From an uncultured Bacilli bacterium (GTDB lineage Bacteria; Bacillota_I; Bacilli_A; RF39; UBA660): a DNA stretch of 34,770 bases. The stretch's first letter is position 1. Every line of letters starts with the position of its first letter. This document shows positions 28,067 to 34,770 of the stretch, in pieces. The stretch lies in the NCBI GenBank assembly GCA_944363775.1, contig CALVVE010000003.1, forward strand, positions 1-34,770, written 5' to 3'. Both the position numbers and the translations under genes were made by a program. The notes beneath the pieces were generated by a model. That model did not search any database and was not told the DNA's origin. It worked only from the letters and a program-made list of their open reading frames with translations.

Positions 28067-28412
28067 TATTTTGACAAACGCTGCATTCTTTGTAATGTAG
28101 AGGAAAGTCCATGCTCGCAAAGTCTGTGATGACTTTAGTGTTCATGTATAGGAAAAAAATAACCTATAGTAGCTTTTTAGCTAACGGCTCTGATGAACCT
28201 ACGTCTTAGGATATGGTTCTAGGTATAAAAGTGCCATAGTGACGATGCTTATTGAAAGATAAGAGTGGAACGCGGTAAACCCCACGAGCGAGAAACCCAA
28301 ATTTGGTAGGGGAACCTAAACAAAGAGAATTAAGAATTTTTGTTGGGATCAGAAATGATAGATAAATGTTTGTCGCCTAGTAATAGGAACAGAACATGGC
28401 TTATAAAATATT
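28065..28412 (+). ncRNA. rnpB: RNase P RNA (type B)
   Basis: GAGGAAAGTCCATGCTCGC, AGTGCCATAGTGACG, GTGGAACGCGGTAAACCCCACGAGCGAGAAACCCAAATTTGGTAGGGG, ACAGAACATGGCTTA; closing stem aatatttt/aaaatatt. Confidence 0.97.
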
Positions 28413-28442
28413 ATTTTTTTTGATTATTAAGGTGGTGAATAA

Positions 28443-28937
28443 ATGAAAGAAATTGGTGAACGTTTAAAAGAAACCCGAGAAAGTATTGGTGTTTCAATCG
28501 ATGAGGCTGCTGAAGATTTAAAGATGCGACCTAAACAGATTGAAAATTTAGAAGCTGGAAATGTAGAAGGTTTTAAGGATGTTTTTTATTTAAAATATTT
28601 TATTCGTGATTATGCAAAATATTTAGGATTAGATTATGAAGATATGGTTGATGAATTTAATGAATATTTATTTGATTATACTTCTAAAATATCAGTAAGT
28701 GATATAAAAAAAGCCAGAAAAAAATTAAATAAAAAAAATAAAAATAAAAAGCAACAAAAAAGAATTGTATCACCATATACGTTAGAAAGAAAAAAATCAT
28801 TTTTTATTTCACCTTTTGTTACATATGGAATAATTATTTTATTATTGCTAGTTATTGGATACTGTTTTATATCTTTAATTGGTAGTGATGATTTTATTCC
28901 AACAATAGATGATAAAGAAACGAATGTTATTAAGTAG
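28443..28937 (+). CDS. rodZ: RodZ/YmfM-like HTH membrane protein (short)
   Basis: IGERLKETRE..LE..FYLKYFIRDYAKYLGLD HTH, basic linker, single TM; upstream of pgsA. Confidence 0.8.
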   Translation: MKEIGERLKETRESIGVSIDEAAEDLKMRPKQIENLEAGNVEGFKDVFYLKYFIRDYAKYLGLDYEDMVDEFNEYLFDYTSKISVSDIKKARKKLNKKNKNKKQQKRIVSPYTLERKKSFFISPFVTYGIIILLLLVIGYCFISLIGSDDFIPTIDDKETNVIK

Positions 28938-28945
28938 GAGGTTTT

Positions 28946-29551
28946 ATGAATTTACCTAATAAACTTACAATGTTAAGAATTTTTATGGCTTTTGTCATAA
29001 TTGTATTATTGTTATTTCCGTTTGATGCAGCGGGATTTGAATTTCCATTAATATTTGTTAATGAAGCAATGGTAATAAATGTTAAGTATTTAATTGCTGG
29101 GGTATTATTTATTTTAGCTTCACTTACAGATTTTCTTGATGGTTATATTGCACGTAAATATAATATGATAACTGATTTTGGAAAATTAATTGATGCTATT
29201 GCTGATAAAGTTTTAGTTAATTCTGTTTTAATTATTTTAAGTGCAACAGGATTTGTACATCCAATTATTACAGTTGTTATAATTGTTCGTGATAGTATTG
29301 TTAATTCAATTAAAATGCTTGCAGCTAGTAAAGGTGAAGTAGTTGCAGCTATAAAATCAGGAAAATGGAAAACTGCTTGTTTAATGGTTGGTATTACTTT
29401 AACTTTATTCTATAATTTACCATTTGAATTATGGAATTTAAAAGTTTCTGATTTCTTATTAGTTATTGCTGCAGTTTTATCAGTTTTAAGTGGAATTCAA
29501 TATTATTATATGAATAAACATTTAATATCAAGTAAAAATGAAAAAGAATAA
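28946..29551 (+). CDS. pgsA: CDP-diacylglycerol--glycerol-3-phosphate 3-phosphatidyltransferase
   Basis: MNLPNKLTMLR, TDFLDGYIARKYNMITDFGKLIDAIADK, GKWKT. Confidence 0.97.
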   Translation: MNLPNKLTMLRIFMAFVIIVLLLFPFDAAGFEFPLIFVNEAMVINVKYLIAGVLFILASLTDFLDGYIARKYNMITDFGKLIDAIADKVLVNSVLIILSATGFVHPIITVVIIVRDSIVNSIKMLAASKGEVVAAIKSGKWKTACLMVGITLTLFYNLPFELWNLKVSDFLLVIAAVLSVLSGIQYYYMNKHLISSKNEKE

Positions 29552-29642
29552 TCAAGTAACTTGGTTATTTTTTTGTTAATTTTGTTTTATTTTATTTGTT
29601 TTTTGTTATACTATTTAAAGTGTGATTAAAAATATATATTTA

Positions 29643-29694
29643 CGTACAAATGTTCGTAAAAAGTATTGACAATCATAAAAATATAGTATACAAT
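29643..29694 (+). promoter_or_regulatory. LexA (Cheo) box and SigA promoter of recA
   Basis: CGTACAAATGTTCG (29643-29656), one mismatch to CGAACRNRYGTTCG. TTGACA (29666-29671), 17 bp, TACAAT (29689-29694). Confidence 0.8.
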
Positions 29695-29719
29695 TAATTT
29701 GTACGTTAGGAGGGTTAAA

Positions 29720-30730
29720 ATGGCAAAAGCAAGTAATAAGCCAGATGATACTTTAAGTAAAGTTTTATTAGATATAGAAAAACAATTTGGAAAAGGTTCC
29801 GTAATGAAATTAGGGGATCATTCAAAAAGAGAAATAGATGTTATTTCAAGTGGGTCATTAATGTTAGATAAATCACTTGGAATAGGTGGTTATCCAAAGG
29901 GTAGAATTATTGAAATATATGGTCCTGAATCAAGTGGTAAAACAACTTTTGCATTACATGCGATTGCGGAAGCACAAAAAAGTGGTGGAAGAGCTGCATT
30001 TATTGATGCTGAACATGCTTTAGATCCACAATATGCGGCTAAGATTGGAGTTAATATTGATGACTTATTATTATCTCAACCTGATAATGGAGAACAAGCT
30101 TTAGAAATTTGTGAAGCTTTAGTTAGAAGTGGAGCTATAAGTATTATTGTTATTGACTCAGTAGCTGCTTTAGTACCACAAGCTGAAATTGAAGGTGAGA
30201 TGGGGGACTCACATGTGGGATTACAAGCTCGTTTAATGAGTCAAGCTTTACGTAAATTATCTGGTGTTATTAGTAAAACTAATACGATTGCTATATTTAT
30301 TAATCAATTAAGAGAAAAAGTTGGGGTTATGTTTGGAAATCCAGAAACTACTCCTGGTGGAAGAGCTTTAAAATTCTATTCTTCAGTTCGTTTAGAAATT
30401 AGAAAAGGTGAGCAACTTAAGTTAGGTACTGATGTAATTGGTAGTAAAGCCAATGTTAAAGTTGTTAAAAATAAGATGGCGCCACCATTTAAAAATTGTA
30501 GTTTAGATATTATGTATGGTGAAGGTATATCTAAGAATGGTGAAATTATTGACTTAGGTGTTGAAGCTGGTATACTTGAAAAAAGTGGCGCTTGGTATGC
30601 TTATAATGGTGAGAAGTTAGGTCAAGGAAAAGAAAATGTTAAAGAACTTCTTAAAAATAATGATGGTCTTAGAAAAGAATTAGAAGATAAAGTTAGAGAA
30701 TTCTATGGAATAAAAAATAATGAAAAATAA
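29720..30730 (+). CDS. recA: Recombinase A
   Basis: [46 protein letters not shown]. Start ATG 29720 after AGGAGG. Confidence 0.99.
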   Translation: MAKASNKPDDTLSKVLLDIEKQFGKGSVMKLGDHSKREIDVISSGSLMLDKSLGIGGYPKGRIIEIYGPESSGKTTFALHAIAEAQKSGGRAAFIDAEHALDPQYAAKIGVNIDDLLLSQPDNGEQALEICEALVRSGAISIIVIDSVAALVPQAEIEGEMGDSHVGLQARLMSQALRKLSGVISKTNTIAIFINQLREKVGVMFGNPETTPGGRALKFYSSVRLEIRKGEQLKLGTDVIGSKANVKVVKNKMAPPFKNCSLDIMYGEGISKNGEIIDLGVEAGILEKSGAWYAYNGEKLGQGKENVKELLKNNDGLRKELEDKVREFYGIKNNEK

Positions 30731-30738
30731 GACAAATA

Positions 30739-30766
30739 AAAAAAGTACAAAATATTGTACTTTTTT
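30739..30766. terminator. Bidirectional terminator between recA and tRNA-Ser
   Basis: aaaaaagtacaa-aata-ttgtactttttt. Confidence 0.85.
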
Positions 30767-30778
30767 AATAACATAATA

Positions 30779-30869
30779 TGGCGGAGTAGGAGAGATTTGA
30801 ACTCTCGCGCCAGTTGCCCGACCTACACCCTTAGCAGGGGCGCCTCTTCAGCCTCTTGAGTACTACTCC
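30779..30869 (-). tRNA. tRNA-Ser (GCT)
   Basis: Minus strand: acceptor GGAGTAG/CTACTCC, anticodon arm CGCCC-ctGCTaa-GGGTG, long variable arm, GAGAG-TTCAAAT-CTCTC, discriminator G and CCA. Confidence 0.97.
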
Positions 30870-30886
30870 GTGTGCCTACATGTATA

Positions 30887-30915
30887 ATTTTACCTAAATT
30901 TACAGCTTATGTCAA
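30887..30915 (-). promoter_or_regulatory. SigA promoter of tRNA-Ser
   Basis: Minus strand TTGACA (30915-30910), 17 bp, TAAAAT (30892-30887). Confidence 0.75.
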
Positions 30916-30994
30916 GAATATTAGTATTATTTTTAAAAATAATTGTGTTTAAAAATAATTTTTGGTATTATAATATGAATGAATGGTGATGTGT

Positions 30995-31294
30995 ATGAAA
31001 AATATTTTCTTATATTTATTAATAACTTTACAAACTTTTTTAATAGTATTTTTTATACTTAGTTTTAATAATTTATCTAAATTAACAAAAGAAGAAGAAA
31101 AGTATAAAGAATCTTATGTAGATTATGAAGAAAAATTAAAAAAAGAACAAGAAACTAAAGATAGTTTGAATGAAGAAATTAACAATTTGAATAGTGAATT
31201 AAATAATAAACAAGAGTTAAATAAAAATTTAAATAGTGTAGTTGATATGAATAAAAAGCGTAAACAAAGTTTAGAAGAGAGTGTAAATAAATAG
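30995..31294 (+). CDS. Membrane-anchored coiled-coil protein
   Basis: ORF track 30983..31294. ATG 30995 follows GGTGA; N-terminal TM then heptad-rich E/K/N/L region. Confidence 0.75.
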   Translation: MKNIFLYLLITLQTFLIVFFILSFNNLSKLTKEEEKYKESYVDYEEKLKKEQETKDSLNEEINNLNSELNNKQELNKNLNSVVDMNKKRKQSLEESVNK

Positions 31295-31295
31295 T

Positions 31296-32231
31296 ATGAA
31301 TGAGTGGAAACGTTTAGTTTATGTATTATTAATATTATCTTGTATTTTATTTATATCACTTAATACTTATGTTTATTATTTAACTATTGAAACTAGTTCA
31401 AATGTAACTTATTTAAAGAAAGAAACAAAAAAGTTAAATGATTTAAAAGAAGAAAATAAAAAATTATTAGAGAAAAAAAATAATATTGAAAAAGATGTAC
31501 AAAAAAGCGATGAAGAAAATAAGAAAATTGAAAGTGAAATTAGTACTTTGGAAAAAGAAATTAAGGATCTAGAAAGCAAAGTTAATTCTTTGAATAAACA
31601 AAATAGTAGTAAAACAGTTTACTTTACTTTTGATGACGGACCTTCACCAAGAACAGAAGAAATATTAAATATTTTGGATAAATATCACGTTAAAGCAACA
31701 TTTTTTGTTACTAATCAAAGTGATCAATATAATTATTTAATTAAAAGAATGTATGATGAAGGACATACAATTGGTCTTCATACATATAGTCATAATTATA
31801 AAGAAATTTATGCGAGTGAAGATGCGTATTTTAATGATTTAAAAGCAATTCAAGATAAAGTTTATAATATTACCGGTATGCGTCCAGTGTTAATTCGTTT
31901 TCCTGGTGGTAGTTCAAATACTGTTAGTCGTTTTAATCCTGGTATCATGTCAAGATTAACTAAATTAGTTGAAGAAAGAGGTTTCTATTATTACGATTGG
32001 AATGTTGATAGTGGAGATGCTGCAGGTTATAATGAAGAAGCACAAATGAATATGATTTATACTTATTCACCAAAACATGATGTAATTAATCTTTTAATGC
32101 ATGATTCAACTTATAAATATGCGACTGTTAATTCATTAGAAAGTAAAATAAAATATTATTTAGATAATGGTTATACAATTGCTCCTTTAGATTCATCATC
32201 ACCTGGTATGCATCATATGGTAAATAATTAA
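31296..32231 (+). CDS. Polysaccharide (peptidoglycan) deacetylase, NodB/CE4 family, with TM and coiled-coil stalk
   Basis: YFTFDDGPS, KATFFV, GHTIGLHTYSH, RFPGGS, DWNVDSGD, LLMHD. Confidence 0.93.
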   Translation: MNEWKRLVYVLLILSCILFISLNTYVYYLTIETSSNVTYLKKETKKLNDLKEENKKLLEKKNNIEKDVQKSDEENKKIESEISTLEKEIKDLESKVNSLNKQNSSKTVYFTFDDGPSPRTEEILNILDKYHVKATFFVTNQSDQYNYLIKRMYDEGHTIGLHTYSHNYKEIYASEDAYFNDLKAIQDKVYNITGMRPVLIRFPGGSSNTVSRFNPGIMSRLTKLVEERGFYYYDWNVDSGDAAGYNEEAQMNMIYTYSPKHDVINLLMHDSTYKYATVNSLESKIKYYLDNGYTIAPLDSSSPGMHHMVNN

Positions 32232-32261
32232 GCATCATGATATAATTAATATGGTGGTAGT

Positions 32262-33056
32262 ATGAAAAAATTTCGTAATAATTTAAAAGAAGCCTATAAT
32301 GAAAGTAAAAGAAGTTCGATAATTGTTTATTTTATTCTAAGATTTTTAGTTATATTAACGATGATTAGACAATTTTTCTTACAAAATTATACTGATGTAG
32401 CATTATGTTTATTAACTTTGATACTTTTAATTTTACCTTTCTTTATTCAAAAAAGATTTAAAATAACATTTCCTAATTTATTAGAAATAATAATTCTATG
32501 TTTTATATTTAGTGCTGAAATATTAGGGGAGATTAATAATTTTTATGGACATATAAGTAATTGGGATACAATGTTGCATACTTTAAATGGTTTTTTAGCA
32601 GCTGGTATTGGATTTAGTTTAGTTGATTTACTTAATAAACATGCTAAATCAATTAATATGAGTCCTTTATTTGTGGCTATAGTAGCTTTCTCTTTTAGTA
32701 TGACAATTGGTGTAGTTTGGGAATTCTTTGAATATGGTATGGATAGATATATGGGATTTGATATGCAAAAGGATGTTATTGTTTCAAATATAAATACAGT
32801 TTATTTAGATGAAACTAACAGTAATAAAGTTGTAAAAATAGAAAATATTGATCATACTGTAATATATGATAGAGAAGGGAATGTTCTTACAACAGTTGAG
32901 AATGGTTATTTAGATGTAGGTATAAATGATACAATGAAAGATTTGTTTGTTAATTTTATTGGAGCAATTGTTTTTTGCTTCTTAGGATATTTATATTTAC
33001 TTAATGAAGATAAGTTTGATTTTGCAAAGAATTTTATAGTAACTTCAAAAAATTAA
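32262..33056 (+). CDS. Conserved multi-pass membrane protein
   Basis: LGEINNFY..WDTMLH, IGVVWEFFEY..D, DTMKDL motifs; multiple TM segments. Confidence 0.8.
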   Translation: MKKFRNNLKEAYNESKRSSIIVYFILRFLVILTMIRQFFLQNYTDVALCLLTLILLILPFFIQKRFKITFPNLLEIIILCFIFSAEILGEINNFYGHISNWDTMLHTLNGFLAAGIGFSLVDLLNKHAKSINMSPLFVAIVAFSFSMTIGVVWEFFEYGMDRYMGFDMQKDVIVSNINTVYLDETNSNKVVKIENIDHTVIYDREGNVLTTVENGYLDVGINDTMKDLFVNFIGAIVFCFLGYLYLLNEDKFDFAKNFIVTSKN

Positions 33057-33062
33057 TAAATT

Positions 33063-34755
33063 CGTGAATTAAAAAAGTAAATTCCAGTTTCATAAAGTGA
33101 AATGGAAATGTATGAGAAACGTCCATAATATGGGCGTTTTTGAGTCTTTAATTAATTTGAAATTTTATAAAAATTAGTGTAATATATAGAATGTATTAGA
33201 AATTTTTCCACGACAAAAACACAAAAGGATATAGAATTTTTAAAAATGTAGGACTAAATTCCTTTTGTTAAATGTTTATTATTAGTGAATTATGTGGGTG
33301 TTTCTATGATACATAATAGAATTTATTTATTCTTATTATGTTTTAGGAGATAAGGTTTTAGGACGACCTCATCTCTTTTTATTTCTTTAATATTTAATGA
33401 GTTAAGAATTTCTTTTCCTCTTTCTGGATTATCAAAAGTACTCATCATAAAACAAAAAACTTCATAAGGTGTTTTACCTTTTAAAGAATTTCTAGGAGTA
33501 GAGTTAATATGAGAAAACATTAAATCCAAATCATCTTGAGTAATATTAGATATATCTATTTCATTTGGAATAATATCTCTAATATAATTATGTGTGTTTT
33601 CAACATGTGGTTTTTGACTGGAACGATATGCATCACAGTAAAAAATATTTGTTCTAAATTCACCAGTATCTTGATTAAATTCGAATAAATCGACTTTTTC
33701 AAACTCTACACCTCTGTCAGTAAGAATTAAAGAGAATAACTCTCTATATAAATCATGACCTAATTTATTTTCTAAGTTGTCTAGTGTTTTAGCCATTGAC
33801 TCAGATGTTTTGTTTTCGTGAATAAAACCAATTATAATTCCAGAACCTTCAAAATAAAAAGTTTGAATATATGGGCCAGATTGACAATTTAAAACTGTAT
33901 CCATTTCTGTAGTAGGAACTTCTGGATTTTCTTCTTTAAATTTTAAATAATCTTTATATTTATGATTTTCATAATTAGCTGGTTCTTTTCTTGTATTTAT
34001 TGTTGAATTGTTTACGATTCACTTTTTCTTTTAAAGAAAAATTATCAATACCATAATTTTTAAAAACTCCCATTTCAATATAATTATAAAGAGTTTTAAT
34101 ACATTGTTTAATTTCTTTGTGAGAAGACTTAATTTGATAAAGGGATTGGCCTTGATCTAATAAAGGTTTAAGAATCCCAGCTAGTTCTTTAACTTCTAAA
34201 GTGGTCATATTAATCCCTTGTCTAAAATCAACTAAATCAAATTTATAATCTTTATCAGCAGTAGTGGCATAATAAAAATATTTATCTAAATGGCAAGTAG
34301 CCATTTTAGGACATTTATTACAAGCACCAGGAGATCTATCTCGTTTATTACATTTGATTTCTTCATATCTAGGGCATTGTTTTTTACAACCACCACATTA
34401 TTGTTTATGAATACAAATAGAAGGATAAATAAATTGATTTCTTGGTTTAAATGTTCTATGTTTTCTAATCTCTTTAGCAACAGTAGTAGGATCCTTTCCT
34501 ATAGTTCTAGCAATATCAACTTTGTTAGAACGATTTTCAATTCCAGCTTGAATAATTTTTCTTTCATCAAGTGTTAAATGTTTATTATCATATATTTGTT
34601 TTGACATGTAATATACCTCACTTTCAAAATTGAAACACCCATGGGAATTATTATATAAAAAAGAATTTAGTCTTACAAATTTATAACTGGAATTTGATGT
34701 AAGACTAAATTTTATTTGTAAATATTGAAACTGGAATTTACTTTTTTAATTCATA
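33063..34755 (-). mobile_element. IS30-family insertion sequence (about 1.69 kb), decayed
   Basis: Perfect 28-bp IRs tgaattaaaaaagtaaattccagtttca (33065-33092) and reverse complement (34726-34753); flanking direct repeat aaattaataaatt (33050-33062 and 34756-34768). Confidence 0.9.
33323..34607 (-). pseudogene. IS30-family transposase with one nonsense codon and one frameshift
   Basis: KHLTLDERKII..IARTIGKDPTTVAKEIRK HTH, Cys-rich insert, KTLYNYI, and DDE motifs EMDTV, ILTDRGVEF, YCDAYRSSQKPHVEN, INSTPR. In-frame TAA at 34398-34400; frameshift near 33985. Confidence 0.92.
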
Positions 34756-34770
34756 AAATTAATAAATTTT

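Noticed and set aside
33975-33995. Programmed frameshift in the transposase
   Set aside because: IS30 transposases are normally single ORFs and this copy also has an in-frame TAA; slippage in the aagaaaaga run is the simpler explanation.
34286-34577. ORFs 34286-34480 (-) and 34290-34577 (+)
   Set aside because: Off-frame or antisense to the transposase, whose true frame continues through the TAA at 34398-34400 into the Cys-rich segment.
1-34770. CRISPR array, rRNA, or genome-wide genetic code 4
   Set aside because: No regularly spaced repeats or rRNA sequence seen. Intact genes use TGG for Trp and several end in TGA.

Overview
Very AT-rich chromosomal segment of a low-GC Bacilli/Firmicute using genetic code 11 (TGA is used as stop, e.g. 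at the ends of sufD and sufS). Gene content and style suggest a reduced gut Bacilli lineage such as RF39, but that is inference. The backbone is housekeeping: pyk (partial), recX, hit, sufCDS, ftsK, rplS-lepB, sepF-divIVA-T-box-ileS, an intact sigK, an LCP protein, tRNA-Cys, a ZIP transporter, gpsB-rnpB, rodZ-like-pgsA-recA, tRNA-Ser and a polysaccharide deacetylase. Four accessory patches interrupt it. (1) A dinJ/yafQ-type toxin-antitoxin cassette bracketed by an exact 24-bp direct repeat of the recX/hit bidirectional terminator. (2) A patch between lepB and sepF with a GC-rich, start-less C-type-lectin-like gene end that looks like a diversity-generating retroelement (DGR) variable region, two KilA-N remnants flanking dinD, and a type IV pilin-like gene. 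(3) A five-gene minus-strand cluster beside tRNA-Cys: NDT-like, HD hydrolase, HEXXH protein, GNAT and an 869-aa HEXXH protein. (4) A decayed IS30-family element with 28-bp perfect terminal inverted repeats and a 13-bp target duplication. The ileS T-box also has an atypical expression platform. All protein calls come from motif recognition by eye; no database searches were run.
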